A stretch of 42,022 nucleotides of DNA from a virus (Duplodnaviria; Caudoviricetes), in the IMG/VR virus record IMGVR_UViG_3300025296_000034, positions 1-42,022 of that record; one strand, 5' to 3'. The notes below the pieces were generated by a model. The model was not told the DNA's origin. It saw only the letters and a program-made list of their open reading frames with translations, and ran no database searches. Positions 32,635-42,022 of the stretch are shown piece after piece (the stretch's first letter is position 1; each line of letters begins with the position of its first letter). Made by a program: the position numbers and the translations under genes.

Positions 32635-35600
32635 ATGCCTGACGTTCCTATTGGTCATCCCTACCTGGGCATCGACGAGGACAATGCGTTCTCCGAGCAG
32701 CCCCCGGCCACGACCCGCGACGCGCAGAACGTGCGGGCGATCCAGCCGAAGACAGGCAGGCGTCGCACAGCGCAGAGGTCTGGCCTGTCGTTGCACGCGA
32801 CCCAGATAGACGCCACCGGGAAGATCGACGCAATCGCGACGGTGACCCTTGACAACAAGAACGTCACCTACGCCTCTGCTGGGAGCACGGTCCTGGCGGG
32901 CGACGCGGAGTGGACATATGAGACGCCCAACAAGAAGAGTGCGTTTGGGGCGGTCGTGGACCGCAGCGGAAACGTCTATGTGATCGAGGGCAACAACTCG
33001 ATTGTGAAGGTCAGCGCGGCGGGAAAGGAACTCGCCGTGATCCCCCTGCCTGTCGAGGACGAGTCGCATGTGGTGCGCGCTCTGGCGGTGGACGAGCTGG
33101 GGTGGGTCTACGCTGGCGTCAGCGAGGTTGAGCGCACGGTGAAGGACGCGCAGGAGGGCAAGCTGTCGGGCAAGGCCGACGAGGCGCTGCTGTTCGGCTT
33201 CGCGCCGTTCCTCGACGAGAAGTACGAGATGATGTGGAAGGTCAGCCCAGGCGGCTTCATCTCAGACATCAAGGTGCGCGACGGCAGGCTGTACGCTCTG
33301 GTGAACAAGCCGCAGACGCATCGCTGCTCGCTGGTGAGTTATCTGGCGATTCGCTCTGCGTCCCCGCTGAAGGACACGGAGAACCCCTCTCTGCCGTACC
33401 TGAGTATGGCGATGGCGGTCAACTCGTCGGGCGACATATATGTGACGGCCCCCCCGTTTGCCGAGCGCGCGACCAACCCGCAGAACCCTGACCTCGCCAA
33501 GTCCGTCGTGGCGTGGACGCCTTCCGACCTCAAGCCCGGTACGGTGCTCTCGGACACTACCGGCCTTCCTGTCGGCGCTGATATCGAGCCGGTCGTGTGG
33601 GCGCACTACGACGCCACGGACGCTAGCACGCTGGTGACGCTGGGCGGGGAGTCGGCGGACGTGGAGGACGGCGACGAGGTTATTACCTGGGAGGACAAGA
33701 GCGGGAACGGTCGCAACCTCACGCACGCACCAAATCAGGGCTATTTCGTGACCGGCGAGCCAGAGCAGCGCCCGCTGTATGCGTCGCAAGGTATGGCTGC
33801 TGGCGGGGAGATTGTCACCGAGCGCGGAAAATGGCGCGCGTTGCGCAGCGGGCCGGGTCCGTCACAGTCGCTTGCGCACCGCAAGATGGGGACGCGGACG
33901 ATCCCAGGATACTACAACCCGGCGTTGGGTTCTGGTGTCGCCGAGACGACAGGATCAACGGACCCAGCGAGCGCGGGGTACGCGATGCTTGCCGTGATCC
34001 GCCCGGTGGGAAACGCTGAGGACGGTATTTCGGGCAACGCTCCCGCGCCGATCTTTTGTTGGGGGCTCGACCACACGTCAGGTGGCAAGCCTGACCCGAA
34101 GCTCATCACCCTGGCGATAGACAGGCTCCAGACCTTCAACCAAGCCAATTTCTACGGCGGAACCTCCAAGTTTGGCGAGGGCCGCATGTCCCTCATCTTC
34201 GGCAATAACGCGGCGAGTACAGACTCCTCGACGGCTCTCGATAAGATCGAGGGTGGTTTTGAAAGGGTTGGCACATCGACACCCCTCGCGGGCCACCTGA
34301 ACTCCTGGGACTACAAGAACAGCTACCAATACGTCCCGCTCGTATCCGCACCCCACGGCCTCGGCGCGGGTCTGTTTACGCTTACTGTGATGCCGCAGCT
34401 AGTCGCTGCTGGTGGAACCCCGATGGGGAGCTCGGTGTGGTGGAACGGCGAGCTGAAGGGCCACTTCTTTCTTGCTACCCACAAAGCAAAGGAAGCCGAC
34501 GGTGGGTTTGGCCTCGGTACGGACCACGGGATAGGCCCGTACAGCTCCTACTACGGATACGCTAGCTGCGGTTACAGCGAGATCATCGTCTTCGACCGCC
34601 GACGGCCACAAGACGCGGGGGATGCTCTTGAGCAGGCGGTCACTACCGACTACGACGTGCCGCTGACCGCACCGAGTTTCCCCGAATACTATGACGACGC
34701 GCTGCCCGCCCCTACGGTCAAGCGCGTCGCGCGGATTGAACTCACAACGACCAACACCGAGGCGCAGACGGGGGCCAGCCTTGGCGCGCACGCCGTGACC
34801 TTTCACGGCCTCGGAGGGCTCACGGAGGCGAGCGCATTTACGGGCACGGTCACCGTCGAGCCGACGGATGACACCGATCTCGCGGGTATGTCCACGCAAG
34901 GCTTCCTCGTCCACAGCGCGGTCACGTCTCAGGGCGCATACACAGGCGACGTATCTAGTTCAACGGTCCTAAAGGTGCAGGCTCTGGATGATGAGGGCTG
35001 GACCAACCTTGCCGTGCCAGGCTCGGGGGGTGCAGCAGGTGCTAAGACGTATTACCTCACCATCAACTGGGACTGGGACGGGCGCAACCCCACGCAGCAG
35101 GAGAAGGTGGAGGGATACCTCGCGCACAAGCACGGTATTGCCGCCGCCCTTCCGTCCGCTTCGGTCGCCTACGAGATGCCGAACAAGTGGGGCGGCAACT
35201 ACAAAATCCTCCGCGCTCACCCCTACAAAGACGACCCGCCGACGACCGAGACGACGGAGCACAACAAGACCATGGCGACGAGCGCCAGCGGGATGCTGGC
35301 GAAGGTGTCGGCTGGTTCGCTGGCGGTGGACTGGCTTCAGGAGGACGCGGGCGGGCTTGGGTATGGGGTTGCCGTGGACTCGACGGACGGCGTGTACACG
35401 GTTGGGCCTGATGGCGACAACGCCGACAGTCTTGAGATCAAGCGGTACACGGACGCCGGGGACAGCGTCACGGAGGCGGCGACGCATACCGTGTCCCCGG
35501 CGATGGTCAGTCAGAACGTGTACATTCGCCTTGCGGTCGACAACTTCGACAACCTGTACGTCCCGCTCGCAGCCGACAACGCGGGGCCTTCGCTGTCCGG

Positions 35601-37323
35601 CGGGCAGACCACCCAGGACGCGATGGTGCGCGTCTACAAACCAGACCTGAGCCAGATCGCGCTCTTTCAGGAGGCGGAGGCGGATAAGAACCAACGCGCC
35701 TACGCGGTGGCGCTGCCCATCAAGTGGGAGGACGGTTCGCTCGTCGCCACGAATCCCGACTACGAGGACGACCTGACCAAGACGACCACCCCCGTGGCGA
35801 GGTCAGAGTTCATGTACGTCGCGGCTGGCAAGAACGGCGACGACCACGCGACCGCTCCAACGGACATGCAGCGCGAGCTGATGAAGATGAAGCTGGTGAC
35901 CTCCACGCCGAACGGCGCTGCGGCGAGGACCGTGTACAACGTAGCCGTCGCCAACGGGTTCCTGAAGGGGTTCAACGCGACGCAGGTGTGGGCCGTGCAG
36001 GACGAGGACGGAAACGAGCAGAAGCTCTCGGTGACCGCGAGCACGGGCAAGCGGTTCGTAGACCACGCGACGCTGTACGAGGAGATCGTGTTCTGTGACG
36101 GCGGGCCGTTCTATCTGGCGTACAAGCCCTCGCTGGACAAGACCACCGGCTCTGCCCAGGACGCCTCGCAGATTCTCGAGGCGGACAAGGGGGGCAGCAT
36201 GCCCACGGGTGCGCGGCTGGCTGCGGCGTGGCGCGGGCGGCTGGTGTTTGCGCGGTTCCAAGACTCCCCACAAGACTGGGCGATGAGCGCCGAGGGCGAC
36301 ATTCGAGACTGGCGCGACTTCCTTCCTGGGCTTCCTCCCACGCAGTCCATTCGCGGCGCGAACGTCGAGGGTCCGGGGATTGTGCCGGATGTCATCAACG
36401 CGCTGATTCCCTACGACGACGACCTACTGTTCTTCCTGTGCGATCACTCGGTCTACCGCATGACCGGCAACCCGCTCGACGGTGGGCAGATAGACCTCGT
36501 CTCGAACGTGACCGGCGGCGCGTTTGGGCGGTCGTGGTGTCGCGACCCAGAGGGCCGCATCTGGTTCTTCGGTAGTCGCGGTGGGCTGTACGTCATGGCC
36601 CCAGGCGGGGCGATTGAGCGCATCAGCCAGCGCAAGGTTGAGCGCAGCTTGCAGGGGGTTGACCTGTCGACCTACAACGTCGAGCTGGCCTACAACTGGG
36701 AGGACGAGGGCGTCCACATCTTCCTGTTCCCGCACAACGACGATCAGGCTGCGGCGGATCATTGGTTCTTCGACATCAAGAACGGTGGGTTTTGGAAGGA
36801 CGCCTTCACGAACCCGCCCAAGTCGGACCCTGCTGGGGCTGCGGTTGCCACGTCTCAGCCTACGGCGGTTTTGGTTCTTGACGGCGACGCGGTCGGTGAC
36901 CGCATCATGATCCTGGGCACGAACGACGGGTATCTCAAGAAGTGGAACCGCGACGCGGTGTCTGACGCTGCAATAGGCACCAATCAGGCCAACGCTCCCA
37001 TCGACAGCTACGTCACGTTTGGGCCGTACATCGGTGACGCGAACCGCGAGCTTCGCACGACGCGCGGGGAGCTACTGCTGGCGGAGGATCTCGACGGAGC
37101 GGTGCTCGAGGTCTTCGCGACGAACACGCCCGACGAGCTGGGTTCTTCGGTGAAGACGCGCCTTCTGGGGACAGGGCGCAACCACCTTCCCTTGCGCTCG
37201 AGGGCGAAGTATGTGTACCTGCGCATTCGCAACGGGGCGGTCGCGCAGGCTTGGGCCTTAGAGGACGGTTCGCTGACGGCTCAGGTTGTCGGCAAGGTAA
37301 GGCGGAGGCAGTCACATGGGTAG
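32635..37323 (+). CDS. Tail nozzle / tubular protein B-like with large inserted beta-propeller and LamG-like regions
   Basis: N-terminal PPATTRDAQNVR; C-terminal WRGRLVF..WAMS..DW, WFFGSRGGLY; SBBP-like VDxxGxVY repeats; WEDKSGNGRNL..KVEGYLAHKHGI. Confidence 0.75.
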   Translation: MPDVPIGHPYLGIDEDNAFSEQPPATTRDAQNVRAIQPKTGRRRTAQRSGLSLHATQIDATGKIDAIATVTLDNKNVTYASAGSTVLAGDAEWTYETPNKKSAFGAVVDRSGNVYVIEGNNSIVKVSAAGKELAVIPLPVEDESHVVRALAVDELGWVYAGVSEVERTVKDAQEGKLSGKADEALLFGFAPFLDEKYEMMWKVSPGGFISDIKVRDGRLYALVNKPQTHRCSLVSYLAIRSASPLKDTENPSLPYLSMAMAVNSSGDIYVTAPPFAERATNPQNPDLAKSVVAWTPSDLKPGTVLSDTTGLPVGADIEPVVWAHYDATDASTLVTLGGESADVEDGDEVITWEDKSGNGRNLTHAPNQGYFVTGEPEQRPLYASQGMAAGGEIVTERGKWRALRSGPGPSQSLAHRKMGTRTIPGYYNPALGSGVAETTGSTDPASAGYAMLAVIRPVGNAEDGISGNAPAPIFCWGLDHTSGGKPDPKLITLAIDRLQTFNQANFYGGTSKFGEGRMSLIFGNNAASTDSSTALDKIEGGFERVGTSTPLAGHLNSWDYKNSYQYVPLVSAPHGLGAGLFTLTVMPQLVAAGGTPMGSSVWWNGELKGHFFLATHKAKEADGGFGLGTDHGIGPYSSYYGYASCGYSEIIVFDRRRPQDAGDALEQAVTTDYDVPLTAPSFPEYYDDALPAPTVKRVARIELTTTNTEAQTGASLGAHAVTFHGLGGLTEASAFTGTVTVEPTDDTDLAGMSTQGFLVHSAVTSQGAYTGDVSSSTVLKVQALDDEGWTNLAVPGSGGAAGAKTYYLTINWDWDGRNPTQQEKVEGYLAHKHGIAAALPSASVAYEMPNKWGGNYKILRAHPYKDDPPTTETTEHNKTMATSASGMLAKVSAGSLAVDWLQEDAGGLGYGVAVDSTDGVYTVGPDGDNADSLEIKRYTDAGDSVTEAATHTVSPAMVSQNVYIRLAVDNFDNLYVPLAADNAGPSLSGGQTTQDAMVRVYKPDLSQIALFQEAEADKNQRAYAVALPIKWEDGSLVATNPDYEDDLTKTTTPVARSEFMYVAAGKNGDDHATAPTDMQRELMKMKLVTSTPNGAAARTVYNVAVANGFLKGFNATQVWAVQDEDGNEQKLSVTASTGKRFVDHATLYEEIVFCDGGPFYLAYKPSLDKTTGSAQDASQILEADKGGSMPTGARLAAAWRGRLVFARFQDSPQDWAMSAEGDIRDWRDFLPGLPPTQSIRGANVEGPGIVPDVINALIPYDDDLLFFLCDHSVYRMTGNPLDGGQIDLVSNVTGGAFGRSWCRDPEGRIWFFGSRGGLYVMAPGGAIERISQRKVERSLQGVDLSTYNVELAYNWEDEGVHIFLFPHNDDQAAADHWFFDIKNGGFWKDAFTNPPKSDPAGAAVATSQPTAVLVLDGDAVGDRIMILGTNDGYLKKWNRDAVSDAAIGTNQANAPIDSYVTFGPYIGDANRELRTTRGELLLAEDLDGAVLEVFATNTPDELGSSVKTRLLGTGRNHLPLRSRAKYVYLRIRNGAVAQAWALEDGSLTAQVVGKVRRRQSHG

Positions 37324-37783
37324 AACGCGAGGGACACCGCAGACATCTGAGATGCTGGGGCCGAGGGATCCTCGCTGGCGGCGGGACTTTCAGACACGCT
37401 CGCGCGCGACCTCCGTGGGTGCTGGCCTTGGGCTTGACGAGCAGCGCCGCGCCGCGTTGACACCTGACATGCGGTCTGTGCTGATGCCCGAGGGCGACGT
37501 GCGTACAGGCGGTGGCTTGAGAAAGCATAAGGGGAAGCTCGAGATCCGCGTGGGTCGCGGGCTTGCGATGGACGCTGACGGTGCCCTCACGGCTGCCGCA
37601 GCCAAGGCGGTGACCCCGCTTCCCGACAACACGACGGGTTCGGCGGGCGTGGCGCTGGACGACTCCGGGGCTTCGTACTCCAGGGCGACGCTCAACAACA
37701 ACTTTGCCACCATGAAGGCGCACATCGACGAACTTCGCCACGCTCTCGAGGGCGTTGGGCTCATAAACAAGGGGACAGACTGA
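37316..37783 (+). CDS. Putative tail protein
   Basis: ORF between nozzle and ejection genes; C-terminal IDELRHALEGVGLI trimer-like helix. Confidence 0.65.
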   Translation: MGRTRGTPQTSEMLGPRDPRWRRDFQTRSRATSVGAGLGLDEQRRAALTPDMRSVLMPEGDVRTGGGLRKHKGKLEIRVGRGLAMDADGALTAAAAKAVTPLPDNTTGSAGVALDDSGASYSRATLNNNFATMKAHIDELRHALEGVGLINKGTD

Positions 37784-38520
37784 TGGGACCGTTATCGGCA
37801 GGGATTCTGGCGGGCGGCTCGCTCCTGGGCGGGTTGATGGGCAAGAAGAAGAGCATGTTTGGTTTGGGCACGTCCTACCGGCGTGCGCGGCGTGATGCGA
37901 CTGCGCTACAGAAGGCGTGGAAGGCCCAACTGACCGACCAGACTGCGCGGGAGCAGGAGCTGATTCGGTCAGCCACAAAGAAGTCCCTTGGCGGGATTGA
38001 CGCCGCCAAGCGCGAGATGGCGCTCGCGGAGAACCAGGCGATTCGTGGTGCCCTGGAGCGTGGGGCGGTTGATCAGGCAAGAATCAAGACGCAGGGCGGC
38101 GGCTCTGGCCTTAGCGAGACGAGCGCCCTCTCGCAGCATCTTGCGGAGGGCGGTCGCGCTAGCGACCAGCGGCTGGCCGACATCCGTGTGAAGGCAGGCG
38201 AAAGCTTCGGGGAGCTTGAGCTTACCAGGAGCGCGCTGGGTGCGGCTGGGGACGCCGCGCTGGCGCAGTCGACGATGCGCCACTTTGCGAATCAGAACAT
38301 CCTGCGCGCCTCCGAGCTGTCCGCGAAGACCGGCCTCAATTTTGGTGGTGGGCAGGTGATGAACTGGGGTGGTGGTGGCAGCGGCGGCGGCGGCTTGGAC
38401 CTGTCTGGGCTGTACATGATGATGGACATGTTTGGCGACAAAGACACCGCTGGATCGTCGGGCGGTCACTCGGCCTTCATGGGCGGCTTGGGCACCTATG
38501 CAACGCCAATGATGGAGTGA
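37783..38520 (+). CDS. Internal virion / DNA ejection protein
   Basis: N-terminal AGILAGGSLLGGLMG amphipathic segment; Ala/Gln helical body; Gly-rich tail. Confidence 0.7.
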   Translation: MGPLSAGILAGGSLLGGLMGKKKSMFGLGTSYRRARRDATALQKAWKAQLTDQTAREQELIRSATKKSLGGIDAAKREMALAENQAIRGALERGAVDQARIKTQGGGSGLSETSALSQHLAEGGRASDQRLADIRVKAGESFGELELTRSALGAAGDAALAQSTMRHFANQNILRASELSAKTGLNFGGGQVMNWGGGGSGGGGLDLSGLYMMMDMFGDKDTAGSSGGHSAFMGGLGTYATPMME

Positions 38521-38529
38521 GGAGAACAC

Positions 38530-40065
38530 ATGGCAATCATCACAGGAGAAGACTGGTATCGCGGACTTCAGGGTCTGGCCGCTACGGCTCGCGGCATAGC
38601 CGGGTACGAGTTGCAGAAGCGCAAGGACGAGGAGGCGCGCAAGGATGTCGAGCTAAAGCGCCGTGTGCTGGCTGACGAGATCAAGTGGCAGGTTCAGCGG
38701 CGCGAGCGTGAGCTTGTCGAGCAGCAGCAGGCAGACGAGGACCGCGCTCGTCAGGCGCAGGAGCGCGCGACTGCCGAGGGCCGAGCGCAGCTAGAGAGCG
38801 GGGTCTGGAGCGAGCGTTACGGTCGTGAGGCGGGCGCTGCGGAGACTGAGCAGTTCAGGCGTGGCATGGATCGCCTGCTGGAGCAGGATCCGATAGCGCC
38901 CCAGGAGCTTCGCGGTGGTGTTGCGCGGGGAGGCCCTGTTTTGGGACCGGCGTTCGGTATGGGTGAGGCCGTGGCGCGGCGCGGGGAGGCTGTGGGTCAA
39001 GGTATGGCCCCAGATGTCGCGTGGCATCAGTCGGTGAAGGAGCAGTTGCTTGGTATCCGCGACCGTGGGCTCCGCACGGAACTCTTCGAGGAGATCCAGA
39101 ATGAGAGGGAGACGGAACTCGTCATCGGGAACCTCTCGAAGGAGCGCCGCCGAATGCGCGACTACATGCGCAAGGGGACCATGCCCGAGGCCGAGGGGGA
39201 GGCGTATCTCGAGCTGTTGCGGGGGATTGAAGAGAGCGGCGTTGGCGTAGACGCGATGGAGGCAAAACACGATGAGGTGAAGGCGGAGATAGACGCGGTT
39301 GTCGGTGCCTCTAGACGCCAGAAAAACTCCATCAGGTCGTGGGAGCGCGAGGCCGCAGCGTTTGAGGATTACCGGACTGGCATCTCGGAGCGCGAGAAGG
39401 AGGACGGCATCACCGCGCCGCGCGGGCGGGAAGAGGCGTTCGACGAGAGAATAGACAGCCTAGATGACCGCTGGTCGGAGATGAGCAAAGAGGAGAGGTC
39501 GCAAGCGTGGTCGGATCTGAAGAAGGACTATCGCGCCTACAAAGGGGAAACCCAGGGGCAGCCCCCCGCCGCCGCCCCCAAGTCTTTCCGCCAGACAGAG
39601 ATGGAGCGGATGATCCTGTTAGCTTCAGAGATGGACCCCCGCATCCCGGGCGGTTTTGCTGGGCGGTTGCGGCGTGCTGGTCTGAACGAAGAGCAGGCTG
39701 CGGCGGTTGTTGCGGCCACAGATGCCGGGGCCGACCTCGAGGGGGTGGCTAGCGCGGCGTTGGGTGGCGCGGTTCCAGATAAGGTCGGGTGGTTTGCCTC
39801 GCGCGACCCTCGCGACGTGGGTGGACGAACCGACATCCCTACGAATATGGAGCTGGAAGGGATGTCCGAGCGCCAGAGGACAGAGAGGCTGGACGGGCTG
39901 GGCAGCGATGAGATTCGCGCGCTCGGGGAGAGGGTTGGTCTAGCTCCCGCCGAGGAGCTGGGGGCGCTGTCCGAAGAAGACCTGACTGCCCTGCTGGCCG
40001 AGAAGGGGCCCAGCTATCACTATCTCATAGCGAAGCTCGTTGAGCTTGTCCCGCTCGAAGACTGA
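38530..40065 (+). CDS. Internal virion / DNA ejection protein
   Basis: GAGGAG RBS; Glu/Arg-rich coiled coil; lies between the small and giant ejection genes. Confidence 0.7.
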   Translation: MAIITGEDWYRGLQGLAATARGIAGYELQKRKDEEARKDVELKRRVLADEIKWQVQRRERELVEQQQADEDRARQAQERATAEGRAQLESGVWSERYGREAGAAETEQFRRGMDRLLEQDPIAPQELRGGVARGGPVLGPAFGMGEAVARRGEAVGQGMAPDVAWHQSVKEQLLGIRDRGLRTELFEEIQNERETELVIGNLSKERRRMRDYMRKGTMPEAEGEAYLELLRGIEESGVGVDAMEAKHDEVKAEIDAVVGASRRQKNSIRSWEREAAAFEDYRTGISEREKEDGITAPRGREEAFDERIDSLDDRWSEMSKEERSQAWSDLKKDYRAYKGETQGQPPAAAPKSFRQTEMERMILLASEMDPRIPGGFAGRLRRAGLNEEQAAAVVAATDAGADLEGVASAALGGAVPDKVGWFASRDPRDVGGRTDIPTNMELEGMSERQRTERLDGLGSDEIRALGERVGLAPAEELGALSEEDLTALLAEKGPSYHYLIAKLVELVPLED

Positions 40066-42022
40066 TGGCACAGGGGGTCGACAGCCCGGCGGATGAGGGG
40101 GCCGTTGAGGTTTCCCCCGACGTATACGCGCTTCTCCAGCGGCACTTCGCGCGGAAGAAGAAGCGGGAGCGCGACAAGAAGCTCACGGGCTGGCTGGCTG
40201 GCCCCGAGCCCGAGGGGATGCTCGCGCGCGGGAACATCGACCTGACCAAGCGCGTCCCGGTTCAAAACCCTGATGGGTCGACCAGCACCATTCGCTCGGC
40301 GTCTTTTGGCTCTGAAGGCGAGACGGTTCTTCTCCCTACGCTGGATCCCCTGGGGGAGCAGCTGACGGACGACGAGGCGTGGGGTCTTTACAAGGCCACG
40401 GGCCAGCACCTCGGGCGCTTTTCCTCGCCAGCCGCTGCGGACGAATACTCCAAGGAGTTGTCTGCCCGCATGGGCGGTGAGAAGCGCCGCCAGTCGCGGA
40501 CGGAGTATCTCGGTGGGGATCGCGGTGTAGCCAAGTCCCCGCGTGAGCTTCGCCAGACCATCGCTGGCGCGATCCTTGGTGGACCGGAGTATGGCGGGCC
40601 GGGGCCAGGACCCGATGGTTGGGCAGAGTCGGAGGGTTTCGATCTCGACACGCTGACGAAGGCGGACAGGGCTGCAATCGACCGCATGGTCAGCGACATG
40701 ACGGGCGGCAAGGATCCGAGCGAGTTTGCCCAAGCGTCGCCCGCAGAGCGGCTGATCGAGCACTCACGATACCGCCGTTCGTTCTATAAGAAACACGGGG
40801 TGGACATCGACGAGCTTGGTCCGCCCATCCCACGGTTCGGGGTGAGGGCTCGGTCGTCGGCTGCCCGCATCCAGGAGGCGGCGATTGGTGGGGCAGCGGA
40901 GTCTGTTCTGGCCCCGGTCGACCTTGCGGGCAAGGTATCGAAGTGGCTGCGGGAGGGCCCGGTTACCCAGTACTCCCCAGAGCCCTGGAAACAGGCTCTT
41001 CAGCGCCTGAATCCAGTCGCGCTCGCCGCCGAGGCCCAAAAGTTGATGGAGCCTGTCATCCCGCTTACGCTTGCTGGTGAGCGTGCGGTCAACCTGCGCG
41101 AGGGGTTGCGCGGATTCCTGGGCAAGCTCCAAAAGGAAGACCGCGAGCGCGTTGACCGCTACATCGAGGAGAGCGAGAGCAAGGCCGCTCGCTTTTTGCT
41201 TGGGACGTTGCCGCAAGCTGGCGGTTCGGTCATCTCGATGATGACGCCGGGTGCCCTGACTAGGAGCACCAGGATTGTGGGTCTTACTGGCGGAGCCTTT
41301 CAGTCCGCCTCGATGTACTACGAGGCTCTCGATAAAGACGCAACCTGGGGGGAAGCCGCGCTCATGTACCTGGTTGGCTGGCCCATCGGTTTTATCGAGG
41401 GCAAGCTCGGCATTGAGAAGCTGATTGCCAAGGGCAACCAAGTGTCTGGCGGGATGCTGATGCGTAAGGCCATCGCTAAGGGTGTCGTGCGCGGGGCTCC
41501 AGAGGAGGGGCTCGAGGAGGCGATACAGACCGTTTTGGAGAACGCGGCGGCGCGGCATGTGTGGGATCCTAAGCGCGGCTACATGGATGGCGTTGGCGAG
41601 GCGGCTCTTGCGGGGGTTGTCCTGGGTGGGCTTATTGGCGGCGCGGGCCCGGTAGCCGCCGGTTCCCAGAAGCCCATCGAGGTTCGCCTGCCCCGTGACC
41701 TCTCCCGCGAGGGGTATGTCAAGGCCGGGGTTGACCTTGCGGGTTCCTTGGGTGTGGACGCGGAGGGGCAGGGGATTATTGGGAAGATCATTCAGGAGTC
41801 GAAGCACCCCGACGTTGCGTTCCTGGAGTTTGCCGTGGGCATAGGCGCGGAGGGTGCCGAGCAAGAGCTTGCCGAGGTGGCGGCGCGGTATCCCGACGAG
41901 GCTGCCGTTCAGCGGTCGGTCGACATCCTGCTCGGGCGCGACCCTGGGCCAGCGAGAAGCGTGGCTAAACCCTTCGGCCCTCGCACCACAGATGTTCGTG
42001 CGCCTGCCCCCACCCCGGATGC
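40065..42022 (+). CDS. N-terminal 652 aa of the giant ejection/polyvalent protein; 3'-partial (not in ORF track)
   Basis: Own translation from ATG 40065 (TGATG overlap) has no stop before the window end: MAQGVDSPAD..GNIDLTKRVPVQNPDGSTSTIRS..GQHLGRF..EEGLEEAIQT..GVVLGGLIGG..APTPD. Confidence 0.85.
   Translation, partial: MAQGVDSPADEGAVEVSPDVYALLQRHFARKKKRERDKKLTGWLAGPEPEGMLARGNIDLTKRVPVQNPDGSTSTIRSASFGSEGETVLLPTLDPLGEQLTDDEAWGLYKATGQHLGRFSSPAAADEYSKELSARMGGEKRRQSRTEYLGGDRGVAKSPRELRQTIAGAILGGPEYGGPGPGPDGWAESEGFDLDTLTKADRAAIDRMVSDMTGGKDPSEFAQASPAERLIEHSRYRRSFYKKHGVDIDELGPPIPRFGVRARSSAARIQEAAIGGAAESVLAPVDLAGKVSKWLREGPVTQYSPEPWKQALQRLNPVALAAEAQKLMEPVIPLTLAGERAVNLREGLRGFLGKLQKEDRERVDRYIEESESKAARFLLGTLPQAGGSVISMMTPGALTRSTRIVGLTGGAFQSASMYYEALDKDATWGEAALMYLVGWPIGFIEGKLGIEKLIAKGNQVSGGMLMRKAIAKGVVRGAPEEGLEEAIQTVLENAAARHVWDPKRGYMDGVGEAALAGVVLGGLIGGAGPVAAGSQKPIEVRLPRDLSREGYVKAGVDLAGSLGVDAEGQGIIGKIIQESKHPDVAFLEFAVGIGAEGAEQELAEVAARYPDEAAVQRSVDILLGRDPGPARSVAKPFGPRTTDVRAPAPTPD

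Noticed and set aside
1-42022. Integrase, tRNA, reverse transcriptase/DGR, IS element or stop-codon reassignment
   Set aside because: No matching motifs or template/variable repeat pair seen by eye; genes tile normally with the standard code using all three stops

Overview
The window looks like a near-complete, probably circularly permuted ~42 kb genome of a high-GC tailed phage with podovirus-like (P22/T7-style) virion genes. The rightward late arm (20844-42022, continuing 1-9452) runs: virion accessory proteins, TerS, TerL, portal, scaffold, major capsid, tail adaptor and nozzle, internal virion proteins, a giant polyvalent ejection protein split across the window ends, holin/lipoprotein genes and a sigma-70-family factor. 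The leftward early arm (20621-9449) has small hypothetical genes, a C5 DNA methyltransferase, an XRE regulator, RecE/RecT-like recombination genes and RusA, interrupted by a rightward replication-initiator pair. I found no integrase, DNA polymerase, tRNA, CRISPR array or recognisable endolysin. Highlights: (1) an unannotated type III hammerhead ribozyme in the early transcript (19264-19311, minus strand), overlaid by a 16-codon ORF and a competing hairpin; (2) a dual-frame M.EcoHK31I-like methyltransferase whose two overlapping frames are both restored by deleting one G from a G8 tract; (3) a multi-effector ejection polyprotein (ParB-like, ART, HhH-like, JAB) with repeated linker motifs; (4) one palindromic operator at both the replication and early promoters. 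All family assignments are by-eye motif recognition; no database searches were run.
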